Shown piece after piece: positions 1 through 13,665 of a stretch of DNA of 64,000 bases. This DNA comes from Octopus vulgaris. Taxonomy: Eukaryota. The translations under genes were made by a program, and so were the position numbers. The notes beneath the pieces are model-generated. The model had not been told where the DNA came from and did no database searches. It saw nothing but the letters and a program-made list of their open reading frames with translations. The number at the start of each line of letters is the position of its first letter. Positions within the stretch are counted from its first letter, which is position 1. Location: NCBI GenBank assembly GCA_951406725.2, contig OX597825.1:8866001-8930000 (forward strand), given 5' to 3'.

Positions 1-399
1 ATAACTAGATAGGATTTCAGAGCACTCCAGTTCAATAAATATTCTCAATAATAAGATAATACACTTCCCAGCTCAACATTCAAGCTGACTGCTATTATAT
101 CGTTTCATTCATATCGATCGAGTGTCTACAGCATTCTACCGAGGTCCAAAACAAGACCATCAAGAAATACATGTATTCTACGATGTGGAATACTTCTGAG
201 TATAAACAATTACAGTGTAATACTCGGGAATTCTTTTAAAGGAATATTTCATTTTTATTACTCCCTATTTCGGAAACAAGAACATGTCTAACAAGAAAGG
301 GAAACAAAACGCCTAATTTAAACGATGAAATCGAGGGAGAATATGCAGATTATGTCCAATTCATTTAGGCAAATTAACGCCTGTTAACAAACCTCTTTA

Positions 400-1000
400 G
401 CAATCACAAATTAACACACTTCAGATAGAAAAGAATTAAAGAAAAGCAATATAATAATAAAAAAATGCCCCCGTGGATTAGCAAATAGCAAATATTCTTG
501 CTGACCATCAGAGTAGAATCAGTTGAATGTCCTTGCTTATCACATTTAAACAGACGAATAATTAAACTCCCCTCAAAGAAAGAATGAAAAATAAAAGAGA
601 AACTACGTTTACAGACTGTAAGAGAACATTTGATTAGAAACTCCATTAAAACACGTACTAAGACTCTCAGTGAAAAATTCCAGTATGAGAAGAGTGTAGC
701 TGAAAGAAAGATTATCAAGACGTTTAATGGAAACTAATCGGCAATTTACAGAGACATGAGAGCGCAATCAATAAATGTTACTGATGCTGCTTCTCAGAAA
801 GTTATAAATTTATTCCGGAGAAAAATACCAAGTGAGGTAGAGGAATTTCAGTCAGTGAGCAGAGGGATTGTAAGATACGAAAGAAATACTGGCGTCGCTG
901 CTATATTAAATCAAAACATTAAACCATCAATTATTAGAATCTTGAGATTATTAATCAAACATTTTGGAAAGAAAAATAAAGGAAAATGACTTGACTCGAG
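400..1000 (+). mobile_element. Highly decayed R4/Dong-like LINE, N-terminal region
   Basis: Broken frame reads MPPWISK*...KTRTKTLSEKFQYEKSVAERKIIKTFNGN*SAIYRDMRAQSINVTDAASQKVINLFRRKI, resembling the PPW...NRLF..N.K.FYR...FW region that precedes RT in this clade. Weak similarity judged by eye. Confidence 0.4.
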
Positions 1001-1729
1001 AAGATTCCGTAATAAATATCTTATGGGAATTTACTGACCAACTCTCACTGGAATATAAATATGTCAAGCGTAATGAAATTGGCGGAAATACACTGATATC
1101 CACTCGCTTGGTGAAATATTAATGGCTAAATACATAGGTTAATTCATTTAAAGAAAAAACTATTTGGTCTATCCGAATTCTTTCCTCTAGGAACACGAAA
1201 GTAGCTTCTGCTATTTACTGAACCATTCTGAAATATAACACGGATATAATTGAATTCCTTAGACTACACAAGTTCTATATAGAATTATGAAGGCGATAAT
1301 CAGACCGATTTTGGCCGCACCACCATTTTGTGATGGAATGTAAGAAGTCGTTCATCTGCCAGGTGCATAGTATAGTTTCTCAATAATAAAAATCAAGGAA
1401 TAGTTTATTTGTAATGCGGTCTACAATTCTATTTTCAGCGTATATGTGTTGCAGATTCTACTAGTCACTTCTCCCATTATTTTGTTCAGATCTCAAGGAC
1501 ATATAATTGCAACCCAGGATGACAGAAACACTAAATTAAAACACATGTTTGTGTGGGCTACTCCACAATTTACTAGGAAAATGTATTGCAAGGAAATGCT
1601 TTGGTCTATTACGATATATCTAAAAGTTAAATGCAAGGAGTATGGCGAAGAAACATCATTTTGGCTGTAAAACAATCGTAAACGAAATGCACACCAACTG
1701 TATCCGTTTGACAACATTTGATAATTGCC

Positions 1730-2030
1730 AACTGTTCCGGAGAATTCAAGTGGTTCCAACCACTGCTGTTTCCTGAAAGTGCTCCACCCTTATTGCAGTC
1801 GATATTTGTTCCATGTACTTCTTGAGATATTGGCTCACTGTTCCCAGGGCCCGAAAATTATTGGTACTACTTTTTCCTCGACACAAATGCTTAACCTCCC
1901 AAGCTAACCTGTCATATCTATCGACTTTTCTTTCTTCCTTATCGCATATTTTGCTGGGCGTGCTATATATATGATAGAGCATCGTTTGTCTGGTTTCCTA
2001 TTCTCTATCTCGTGGTCTCACTGAATTATA
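1730..2030 (-). mobile_element. Decayed R4/Dong-like LINE, C-terminal endonuclease fragment
   Basis: ORF 1746-1982(-) KEERKVDRYDRLAWEVKHL...ALGTVSQYLKKYMEQI...FQETAVVGT parallels [20 protein letters not shown]...GALGMIKKY...IQKIALLGT of the element at 29466-29705. Confidence 0.75.
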
Positions 2031-4927
2031 AAATCCCAAAATAGTTTTGCCTATAGTAGAAAGGTTTAGTATTATTCTTTCAAAGACGGCAAGTTGGCAG
2101 AGACTTTAGCGCGTTAGACAAAATTCCTCTGGCTGTTATCCTTGTGGTTCGTAAGATACTATTTCCCTTAATATTTTCATCCTTATCTGTAACATTATTT
2201 TATACATTGCATATCTAATGAACATTGCTATAATTGTAAGAAAATAATCCTATGAACACCCAACACGCAACTACGAATTTGTACTATTTAACATCTCCGG
2301 GCGTCAGTTAACGATAATGTCCATGGTCGTCATCTTAAATGTATCAAGGTCACTACGATAAGTGCATGGACTCTATTACTATTACGACTCACCAACTTCC
2401 CGAACCTTATCGTTACCAATCGACACGTGCTTCCTCATCACTGAAGTTTTGTATTTTCCTCTTTTCATATTATTTCTGCATCATGTCACTATATTCACAA
2501 AAGAGTATTTTTGAAGTTTAGATTTTGATGACCATATGGTACTTGGTAGGTTATGTGCATTAATCCAAAGCCTCCTGTAAATTGCCCTATTAAAGTGAAA
2601 TACCTATTAAGCTATTTATTTATCAGATAGGTCTTTCGAAAGGGTATATAAAGCTAAATAATAAATCACGGGCCATGATAATTATTCGCTATGTTAGAGG
2701 TTTTATCTTATTCCCGTCTTTTCACATTTCAGATTTCTGCTTTATTCACATATTTCTTAAGTATTATTGCATGCATTTCTTAAATTCTTATTTAGTATAC
2801 ATGTTTCACATTTCTGTTCTAAATAAATATCCAAATTATCATAAATTGGTAAACAGAATTTCGAATGATCCTCATCTTTAACACTCATTACTCTTTTATA
2901 GTGGAATCAGAGATAAATTTAGCTTTCAGTCTTCTGAATTCTATAAAAGTTTCTGTTATCATTTCAGAATATCAATTATACCAACGTATTACACCCGTTA
3001 TGTGTTGTGAATATACGTGTCCGCAATCAAGCCTCAGATAAGTAATAAAATAGAGATATATAATGGTGTATTTCATGTCATTTGCTATATTTTGTTCTAA
3101 GAGGTCTTGTGTGTGTGTGTGAGACTGTGAGTGTTTGATTGTTTTGTGTGTTTATATTTTGTGTTAATTCGTATGTGAATTTACGCGTGTATACAAGGGT
3201 AATTCTGTGCGCGTGTGTGTGGGTTTGTGTGTCTGTTATTGCGCCTGTATATGTACGTACGGGATTGAGAGTAGCAAGATCAATCAGTAATATTACTTTC
3301 ACACGTCTATGAACACAATCAAAGCGTAATGTAATCACATCGATGTTAAACATTGCGGATAGTTCTCCATATATAGCACGTTTCGATCATTTGTGGATGT
3401 GTGAAGTTCTTTTTAGGAAGAACGTCCTGAATACGTTAATTAACATCTTGACCGTTAACTGAGGCATTTTATGTATGAGTGATACAAGGTATAACGGATT
3501 CAATTATATAATTACATCGGTTTCCAATCATATTCACAGCGAAGGGGCTTTTCATTCAATATATTGATATAGATATTATGTGGAAAGTGGGTCCCTGTAA
3601 CGCGAAATCAGGAGTAGAACAGAAAATTTTGCAGGGCCATAACACGTGAACATTTTACATATGTGAACAAATATAGGGGACACCTTGGATCTGATATGGA
3701 TTGTTAATAAATGAAACACTTCAAGTTAACAGGAACTTGAGTTTAAAATACCCAAAACTGCACATGGGGCAATTCCAAAATCTAGCAAGCAAACACGATA
3801 TGATGTGATGAATTTAGTACAGCTAGTCAAATAATACTTTTCAAATGTTGATCATACAGAGGAACTTCATTTATAAATGCAATAATTTTTTAACAAATAT
3901 GGAAGTCGCTATATTATAACGGGTCGTGTTTTTTTTTCTTTTTTACTCTACCATACTTTGCAACTATACTTTACAATGTATAAGGAGTACTGACCATACA
4001 CTTCACTAAAGCACATCCTTTTCATGGTCAATTCTTCGAATAATGTACATAAAAACACATATATAAATTTCATTATAATATTCTGTATAACGAATTATGA
4101 CCATTATATTATTCAAATGGTAAACTGTATAGTTTTCATGAGGCAACGGTTATCAAAACAGACCATGGCCGTATCATTAGATTCGCGGGTTGGAGAAATT
4201 ATTGTAATGATATGTTGACTAAGCTGAACCATTATTTCATGTGTTTTCCAAAAAGCAAATCGGGGTAAAATATACAACACATACTTTAACTCTGCTTGGA
4301 AACAGGATTAAACATTTAGAGATAGCCTCATATGAATGATTGCTTGTGTGTATATATGTATGCATATGTGTATGAGTTCGCACATATGTGTCTGCAGCTG
4401 TAATTTTTTGTATGTGCAGGTTTCTTTTACGTGCGTGCGTGCCTTTCAATACGAACATTCTATGCAAAATAATTCGTATTAAAAATCATGTTCTACGCTT
4501 CAAACCGTATCTAATTCTATATTTAGATACTGTTAATAAAATACTATTCGTTCGACTATTTATTGATTGATTAATCGGTTAAATGATTGCACGATTTGCA
4601 AATTATATTCATTATTATAAGTACAACTTGGAGCTTCTGTAAAAATACCGACGCCAAAGGATAGAATAAACAAAAGGATTGTGAACGATTGAATGGGTTG
4701 TGGTTATAATACTAAAAAACAAAAAAAAAAACACCAAAGTTATTGGCCTTCAGCCAAACCAAACAGCGGCAGAGGAAAGCAATCCATTTATAGACGCAAT
4801 TAGAAAATAAAATAGTTGTTGCATTACAATGGAAGAATTTTCTGTTAAATGGTAACGGTTTCCAAATGAAAAGACGGAATCATCAAAGCTGCTTCATAAC
4901 GAATACCCTATCGATGAAGCTTTGCTA

Positions 4928-4929
<2 letters not shown>

Positions 4930-4993
<64 letters not shown>

Positions 4994-4995
4994 TA

Positions 4996-5065
<70 letters not shown>

Positions 5066-5068
5066 TAC

Positions 5069-5104
<36 letters not shown>

Positions 5105-5139
5105 ATGTACAAACGCATATATACATACTTACACTCACA

Positions 5140-5197
<58 letters not shown>

Positions 5198-5385
5198 TAT
5201 ATATGTACTTTCACTTATGCACATATACATATAAACACATATATATATATACGTATGTATATACATACATATTTATATATATGCATACACACATATATAT
5301 GTGTATGTATATATATATGGATACGCACACACACACGCACACACACACGCACACACACACACACATATATATATACTTATATACA
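4930..5385. repeat. Compound (TA)n/(CA)n microsatellite
   Basis: Directly visible; source of the YIYI ORFs. Confidence 0.97.
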
Positions 5386-5598
5386 ATAATAAAGTCGTTT
5401 TTTTTAATATTATATATAATATCCATTTCCTTAATTATCATTATGACTATTATTATTACTATTTTAAATGTTACTATTCACATTCAGTCAAGCCTGGAAC
5501 ATGTATGTAAAAGCCATAATTACCGGGCAAATTAACCTTGTATATTCCTAATATTTTCACACCGTATAACGTGTTAGATGTTAATAATCATTTATCTT

Positions 5599-6210
5599 AA
5601 AGAGGCGAGCTGGCAGAAATGTTAGGACGCTGGGCGAAATGCTTAGCGGTATTTCGTCTGCTGTTGCGTTATGAGTTCAAATTCCGCCGAGGTCGACTTT
5701 GCCTTTCATCCTTTCGTGGTCGATAAATTAAATACCAGTTACGCAATGGGGTCGATATAATCGACTTAATCCTTTTGTCTGTCGACTTAATCCTTTTGTT
5801 CGATCCCTCTGTGTTTGGCCCCCTGTGGGTAGTAAAGAAATAGGTACTTCGTTTGTCTTTACGTTCTGAGTTCAAATTCCGCCGAGGTCGACTTTGCCTT
5901 TCATCCTTTCGTGGTCGATAAATTAAATACCAGTTACGCACTGGGGTCGATATAATCGACTTAATCCTTTTGTCTGTCGACTTAATCCTTTTGTTCGATC
6001 CCTCTGTGTTTGGCCCCTTGTGGGTAGTAAAGAAATAGGTACTTCGTTTGTCTTTATGTTCTGAGTTCCAATTCCGCCGAGGTCGACTTTGCCTTTCATC
6101 CTTTCGCGATCGATAAATTAAGTACCAGTTGCGTACTTGAACCGATCCAATCGACTGGCTTCCTCCTCCAAATTTTCGGGCCTTCTGCCCAGAGTAGAAA
6201 AGAAGAATGA
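5599..6210 (+). mobile_element. tRNA-derived SINE (Meta/MESC-like core), internally multimerised
   Basis: Head GGCGAGCTGGCAGAA, B-box-like GAGTTCAAATTCC, and core GTCGACTTTGCCTTTCATCCTTTCG..GTCGATAAATTAA.TACCAG repeated at about 5673, 5868 and 6063. Confidence 0.85.
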
Positions 6211-6397
6211 TTTATATGACCAAGAAACACCTAACAAATATATATTCGTGCGTGTGAGAGTGTGTATATTCTTTATTTCTGTTCTGTTCTGTATTTTGCA
6301 TTGAGCTGTGAAGTATGGGGTTTGCAAAGCATTCATTTAAGGTTCTTAGCCGTGTTTGCCCCCTGCCAACTTCAGTCGAAACCGAGATATATAGTGG

Positions 6398-6432
<35 letters not shown>

Positions 6433-6778
6433 GAAGGGTAATACAAAAGAAAAGAGAAATAAAGTACAGTGTTGGTGCAATTTTCTGTATCATGCTACAG
6501 GTAAGAAACGCACGGTGTATTTCAAATAATTTGCATGTATATCTCTGACATCCGGAAGGCATATTGTACACACTCACACACTCACACGTGCACACACAGA
6601 CATATATATGCATATCCATATTCATGTATGTATGTAAGTAAGTATTTATGTGCGTGCATATATTTATAAACGTGCGTGTATGTAGATGTATGTATGTATA
6701 TAAATTTTGCTTGTCTACTCCTTATGCAGAGTTTGACGTGTGTATATATGTAGCGTCAACAAGAGAGAGAGAAAGAGT

Positions 6779-6809
<31 letters not shown>

Positions 6810-7376
6810 TCAAAAAGAGAGAGCGAGAGAGATGCTGCAATTTAAACCATTTTACTTTTTACGTGTTATTCAGATTTACTCAAATTTTCCGACGAATGTT
6901 TTAGTTTTTGTCATGGATTCACGTCCGAAACTTCTTTCTGTATTTTAGATTCCTTTGAAATTCTTCCTACTAACTTTTACTTCATCTATTAACGTTTTTG
7001 CATCAATATACAATTCTCTGTATTATATTCTTGTAAGAATGTTTGTGATTACCGCTTTACTGAAGCGGATATTTCTCATACATATCTCTTTGAACTTTGA
7101 CATGATACAGATATGCATTAAAATAACTTCCCATTACGTGTGTGTGTGTGTGTGTTTGAGTGTATTGATAGATAGATAGATGTAAATTTATGAACTAAGA
7201 AGATGGAATGAACAGGCTTTGATTACGAATCATGATGATTGTTTCTGTGCGATTGTAACAGCTGCTTGTTGCTGAGTTTTCCTATCCTACTATTACCTGT
7301 ATTATTTTATAAATAATTACATAAAGAAATATGATCATCTGTGTGCTGGCACGTTTTCAGGTGAGTAGATTTTACA

Positions 7377-7530
<154 letters not shown>

Positions 7531-7739
7531 AACGGGAAGCTTTATGAAAATAGACAAAAGACGAAGGCAGGTGGAAGACAAACGAACAATTGTATTAGTA
7601 TGGCGCTCAGGAAATATAAATAAAACAAGTCTTTAACGTTTCGAGCCTACGCTCTTCAACAGAAAGATACACAGAGAGAAAAAAAACACAGAAAGAAGGA
7701 GAGAAAAAAATGCGTGCAGTAGCTAACGAATCAACATGG

Positions 7740-7742
<3 letters not shown>
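7531..7742 (-). mobile_element. Short non-autonomous Penelope-LTR-like element flanked by (TA)n
   Basis: Homologous copies at 17316-17523, 32985-33097, 33960-34160, 39610-39765 and 63750-63808; contains a hammerhead-like motif. Confidence 0.7.
7630..7667 (-). ncRNA. Minimal type I hammerhead-like motif, A6U core variant
   Basis: Minus strand reads TCTTT-CTGTTGA-A-GAGC gtag GCTC-GAAA-C-GTT-AAAGA: stem I TCTTT/AAAGA, stem II GAGC/GCTC, NUH triplet GUU. Confidence 0.6.
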
Positions 7743-7782
<40 letters not shown>

Positions 7783-7949
7783 TTAGAAATAAACCACCTT
7801 TTAGCAATTCAACAATGTAAAAATTCAATTATACCATAAAGAATAAATTAAATATAAGATAAAAACATATACCAATGATTATGTAATGTACAAAATAAAA
7901 CGTATATTTTTGGTATTTTACCAAAAATGTCTATATATGTGTCTATAAA

Positions 7950-8035
7950 TGTGTGTATGTATGTATGTATGCATGTATGTATGTATGTATGTATGTATGC
8001 ATGTGTGTATGTATGTATGTATGTATGTATGTATG

Positions 8036-8064
<29 letters not shown>
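7950..8064. repeat. (TATG)n microsatellite
   Basis: Directly visible. Confidence 0.95.
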
Positions 8065-8069
<5 letters not shown>

Positions 8070-8637
8070 TAATTGGCTGACTGGGACATCAGATTTAGCC
8101 TTTTAGCTCACGCAAACCTTCGGGATAGAATATATATTTAACAGGCTTTGCTTCCTAGTAAAAAGAAACGTACATTTTTCTTTTTACTTATTTTAATAAC
8201 GCGTATTAAATTGACAATACTTATAAAAAAAGCCGTCAAAATCGTTAGAGAATTTCATTATAAGTGTTGGCATGCTTTTCAAGTTCTTTATCCATTTGTT
8301 CACATCCATCCTGTAATAATTTCACAGTGTTCGATAAACCCCGAGTCAATACCTGCATTTTGTTGTCGAGTAACACTTTTTGCCAGATTAGAAATATATT
8401 CTTCAGTAATGAGTAAACGTGAGTAAAGATAAACTTAACACTAAAGAGTGATCAGTTGCATTAAGTTAACTGTCTGATAATTTTATCAACTTCTTACGGA
8501 ATTTCTAAGGCGTTTACAAATTTGGTATCAATATTAAATGAAACGAATTGGGTTTGCCTTCATTATGTGGCATGTTGATGTACTTGAAGCACGTGATTAT
8601 TTTTTCTAATTAATTTTTCATGGCTGAGTAGGAAGGA

Positions 8638-9020
8638 GGCGTAAGAGTGGCTGTGTGGTAAATAGCCTACTTACCAACCACATGGTTCCGGGTTCAGTCC
8701 CACTCCATGGCACCTTGGGCAAGTGTCTTCTACTAAATCCTCTAAGTGGATTTGGTGGGCGGAAACTGAAAGAAGCCCATCGTATATATGTATATATGTA
8801 TCTGTGTGTATGTGATTGTGTGTTTGTATCCCCCCCACATCGTTTGACAACCGATGCTGGTGTGCTTACGTCTCCGTAACTTAGCGGTTCGGCAAAAGGG
8901 TACGACAGAATAAGTACTAGGCTTACAAAGAATAAGTCCTGGGGTCGATTTGCTCGACTAAAGGCGGTGCTCTGGCATGGCCACAGTCAAATGACTGAAA
9001 CAAGTAAAAGAGTAAAATAG
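8638..9020 (+). mobile_element. tRNA-derived octopus-type SINE with central microsatellite
   Basis: A-box-like TGGCTGTGTGG, B-box GGTTCAGTCCC, tail AAGGCGGTGCTC..GCATGGCC.CAGTCAAATGACTGAAACAAGTAAAAGAG; six copies in this window. Confidence 0.9.
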
Positions 9021-10057
9021 ACAAAGATTATAACATTTCAAATATTTTGGGGACATATTATATGTATAAATGATTATTTTCACTGCCTTTTGCCACGGAA
9101 AAAAGTTCTCGTTTTAGGCAAAAGGTGTTAAATACAACATAGTTAATACTATCCCTTATAAACTGGTAAAGCATTTTGGACTTCTTTCCTCTTTCAGTAT
9201 CAGATAACAAGGACATTTGAAGGAAGGCTTAACTGCTTTATAAGAAATAAGTAAACATTGCTTATTGAAAATGTGCGTCAGCCGTCAAATGAGTACAAAA
9301 ACGTGGATGGTACGTGAGGTTGTGGTGTAGAATAAGTAATGAGGGCGATCTGAACAGATTTTGGTGCTTCTAACACATTTTGCCTAAAGCGATAATGCGT
9401 CTTTTTGGCAAACTGCGGCGAAAATGCCTCTATACAGTTGGAATTTCTCCCATACATATATGCGACCTGATCTAAAGGTTATACATTTTTGATATTTTAA
9501 TTTCTGCATATGTCACGTTGTATGTCAGGCTTAGGAAATATATGAGCGAGTACAAGTATTTGTGCGAGCATGCGCTCGAGTGTTTATATATCTTTGTATT
9601 AAAATATCATTCTTGCTTTGTCACGAGGTGAATCAGCCTTTAAGTGGGGAGAGGATGTTCTTAAATCGGAATCCTGGCTTGAATGCTTACAAACGAATCG
9701 ATTCAGTGGGATGTACTCAAGGACGTGTCAGTATTGTTAAACGAGGAAACATTCAATCTACCGCCTGGCGTTATTTAAAATGAAAATCTAAATTTATCAA
9801 ACAAATACTACACAATGCTTACGCTCTTCGGATTCCTAACTATATTACGGTAAAAGCTATAGAGTTTCGGTCGAAATTGGAAGAATGAACGCGCATTTTA
9901 ACCTCAACAGATATTTGAACGCAGACACAGAAGCCATAATGAACAACGCAAGGAAGTCGTCTCTGCGTATTAAACATGCTAAATTATAAATATATAGATT
10001 TAAATATAGTTTCATCGGGTTAAACTTTGCAAGATCAATATTCTATATTATGTACAA

Positions 10058-10443
10058 CTAGCAGTATCGCCCGGCGTTGCTCAGGTTTGTAAGGGAAATA
10101 ACTATAAAGCATTTTTAGAGAGTTATAGCCAAAAAATAGCAAAAAAATGGGAAAAAAATGATGGTAAATTTTTTTTTGAGAGTAAAAAAAGGTTGAGTTG
10201 CGTCCCCTAGACAGTCTGTGGTTTGTTTCTTTTGATTCTCGACCCCATGTCGAATTTATCGATTTTTTCAGAACTGGGGGAACTTTTCAAAATTTTCGCT
10301 ACGTTAGTTTTGAATTATGACATTGGGCTATGTGTGTGTCAAGTTTCATCAGAATCGGTTGAAAGCCGTGGTCAGGGTGAGGGTACGAGAAAACAGACAC
10401 ACAGAAACACGCACAGACAAACTGCCGTTTATATAGAGAGAGA
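10058..10443 (-). mobile_element. Non-autonomous Helitron
   Basis: Minus strand starts TCTCTCTCTATATAAA and ends with a GC-rich hairpin (CCTGAGCAACGCCGGG) followed by CTAG, between A and T. Termini are shared with 59197-59646. Confidence 0.8.
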
Positions 10444-11064
10444 TATAACACGATTAAATATGTATTAGTGTATTAGAACATATTTCTTTTCAATATTATT
10501 TCCATTGAGTATAATTTTTGCCCGTGTTTGTGTAAGTGTGTTATTGTGGACGAATGAGTTATTTTGTGCGCATGTGTAACAGTGAGAGAAAGAGAGAGGG
10601 AGACAGGGAGAGAATTTACTGATATCTTTGATTTCAGACTATGATATGAATTCTGAATATATGATCTTATATTGAGTGTTTGTTGCGCCGCTCAACGAAA
10701 GATTGTAATTTTGTGTCGGAAAAATACATTTCATTTTCTTATCTATTGAGTATGGCTTTTATATTTCGCAAACTAGAAAAGTCCAAAATGCCGTAACTAA
10801 ATATTATTGAGTGCGTTCATAATACATGCAGTGGAGGGGAATATGTCCATGTTTCACTGATTATACTCATGATGGCAGTCTGTTCTGAAACTCAGACACT
10901 ATTGAAAACGTAAGAGTTTGAAAAGTTTCTCTTTACTAACGTAATTTTATGTTTAACATTTTTCTAAAAATTATTATCAAAGAATTTGTTGCCTTTTTAC
11001 AGAAAATAGCCTGATATGCTGTTGTATTTGTAGAGGAATAAAAACCAACGAATATAGTGATATT

Positions 11065-11288
11065 ACAACGGAGGTGGTGCGGGGTGAAAAGTTTCTGTCT
11101 TTAAAGGTATCGCGAAAGGCCTGATTGTAGGCCAGCTTTCGGAGTTGCTTTGCAGGTTTTACAAAAACCGAAGGGCCCCTGCAATAACTGCGTAAATCGG
11201 AGACGGGAATATGCTGAATATAATCATAACTAACAGATCCTCCTGTATTTTATTACCCAAAGCCAAGATATTTCAGCCTCCACATTAT
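11065..11288 (+). mobile_element. Mariner-derived MITE
   Basis: Degenerate TIRs (GGGGTGAAAAGTTTCTGTCTTT / AAAGCCAAGATATTTCAGCCTCC) and a transposase C-terminal remnant KPKGPCNNCVNRRREYAE*. Confidence 0.65.
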
Positions 11289-11353
<65 letters not shown>

Positions 11354-11376
11354 CATACATACATATATGCATACAT

Positions 11377-11448
<72 letters not shown>

Positions 11449-12479
11449 GTATATATATGTAAAGAGAGAGAGAAAATCGGGAGAAAAATGTTAACTATTT
11501 GAAAACCTGAATCGTAAATATAATGCTTTGATATAGAAAAAATTGTACTTCTCTGCAGAAGTCGATGACGAAAGCATTTGCTCGACAGGCATAATAATAC
11601 ATCTTCGCTCTGTATATTCATTACAGTTTTCGCAAATTTCTTTTCTATGCATTTTACTGTTTCTCCTTTGAAGGTAAAATAATAAAAAAAATAAAACAAC
11701 ACTTACTCGTGCTTTTTTCGCTGATCATATAGAACTGATATGACCGAAAATGATTGAATGATTGAAGTGGCAAACCTTCGTGCCTTTGGAGTTTGGAATT
11801 TCGCCCTTTCAAGCGTCGAGTATTATATACGATGATCGATTGAAAGGATATTCAAGATTGCTTCAATTTATGATAACCTTACTGAACTTCTATTGGTGAT
11901 AGTTGTTCCCGATCCGTTCTTAGTGTTTGTTACGTCATATGATGCCAAGTTCATGGTACAATCTCGCCAATATATTCTTGTAATATAAATAAAATTTCTA
12001 TACCATAAATCCATATGATTTTCATTTTCACAAAATACCATACACTCATGCTTATCATGAATGTTTCATTTTTGATTAAAGGTGTTAAACTCTAGTACAA
12101 ATACTGAAATTTTTAGAAATAGCTATTCATTTTCCCGATATATCCTATGACATTTCACTCCAAATTTCTAAATACTGTTATAAGATATTGCTAGTTTTCG
12201 CCTTCCTTTTCTGTTCTTCCATGAAAGTATATTTAGAACAGAGAATACAATCCTGATATTTGTGTCCATAGATTCTGTATATAATGTAGAAATTATGAAT
12301 CATCTAATCATTTTTTTATGAATCATTTCATCATCCACTAAAATACTCTCGAACACATTAGAGAGAGTTCATTTATTGCAGTCTATTTAGCAATATATTA
12401 ACTTTAATTTGATTCTAAATTAAATGTTCACATACTTAATATTTTAAAGATACCAATAGCTACAATTAAATAAATTATT

Positions 12480-12883
12480 GATTTCAAAATTTGGCACAGT
12501 GCCGGCAATTTTGTGGAGGGGATAATTCAATTCCATCTACCTGAGAGTCGAAATCGGAAGAATGAACGCGCATTTATCAACGGCGAAAGTATGAAAGGCA
12601 AAGTCGACCTGGGCAGAATTTGAACTCACAACGTTAAGACGGATGAAATACCTATTTCTTTACTACCCACAAGGGGCCAAACACAGAGAGGACAAAGAAG
12701 GACAGACAAATGGATTAAGTCGATCATATCGACGCCAGTGCGTAACTGGTTCTTATTTAATCGACCCCGAAAGGATGAAAGGCAAAATCGACCTCGGCGG
12801 AATTTGAACTCACAACGTAACGCAGACGAAATACCGCAAAGCATTTCGCCCGGCATGCTAACGATTCTGCCAGCTCGCCACTT
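12480..12883 (-). mobile_element. tRNA-derived SINE (Meta/MESC-like), dimeric
   Basis: Reverse complement of the 5599-6210 family, with two core units. Confidence 0.85.
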
Positions 12884-13183
12884 AAAAATTATTAATCATC
12901 TGTAGATATATTTCACTTTTGTCATGCGGTTTCCTCCAGAGGTAGGAGGTGTAAGTCTCTTACAATATATATTTTTATAATTTTTATTGCATATATTCAC
13001 CATACTCCTACCTTGAATATTATTTTCACAAATATATTTCTGACAAAAAAAACGGTACAAGTAAGAAAATCTGCATTTTGCATAATTATCTAAAATTAGC
13101 ATTCAAATTATGCAGAGTTCTATATTTAAGTGATGAGGAATTATGTACGTTATTTACATTTGACTTCATCTTGTTTGTTGTTA

Positions 13184-13227
13184 ACACGACGTTTCAGCTG
13201 ATACACCCTACAGCCTTCATCAGGTGT
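13184..13227 (-). ncRNA. Minimal type I hammerhead ribozyme, canonical core
   Basis: ACAC-CTGATGA-AGGCTG tagggtgtat CAGCT-GAAA-C-GTC-GTGT; stems I and II, CUGAUGA/GAAA core and GUC triplet are all present. Confidence 0.85.
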
Positions 13228-13296
13228 CTTGGGGAAATTTTGAACCTGGGTTTTTATTCCTAAAATATTTCTGAATGTTATTACTATTATTATTCA

Positions 13297-13369
13297 GGTA
13301 ACTCCCTGGAATTGAACTCGGAATCTTGGGGTTAGTAACCAGCACTCTTAACCATTACGGCATATAACC
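13297..13369 (-). pseudogene. tRNA-like module (73 nt) inside the Penelope 3' region
   Basis: GGTTATATGCCGTAATGGTTAAGAGTGCTGGTTACTAACCCCAAGATTCCGAGTTCAATTCCAGGGAGTTACC; A-box and B-box at tRNA spacing, but stems are imperfect. Confidence 0.65.
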
Positions 13370-13665
13370 GTGGGCAACTATGGGGTGAATTTTTAGGGCC
13401 TATGAATCAAATATTTTCCTATCCTTCTGTAATACCGGTTCCCATGTGCTATTCATATCTTCACTCGGTCTGCTTAGGAGGTTGTTGTGTCCTAACACAT
13501 GTGCTGCTTCTTTTAGTTTTCGTATTTTTCAGTGGTGCTCTCTGTCTATTATTTTAACTTCATCCTACAGGGGGGGTCTCCATTCTTCCATACATGATCA
13601 ACTATACCCGATTTACCAATATCTCCTTGTGTCACAGCATTGCAATGTTCGTCTACTCTTATTTT

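Noticed and set aside
13297-13369. Functional tRNA gene (anticodon position ACT)
   Set aside because: Acceptor and anticodon stems pair poorly and it lies within a retroelement.
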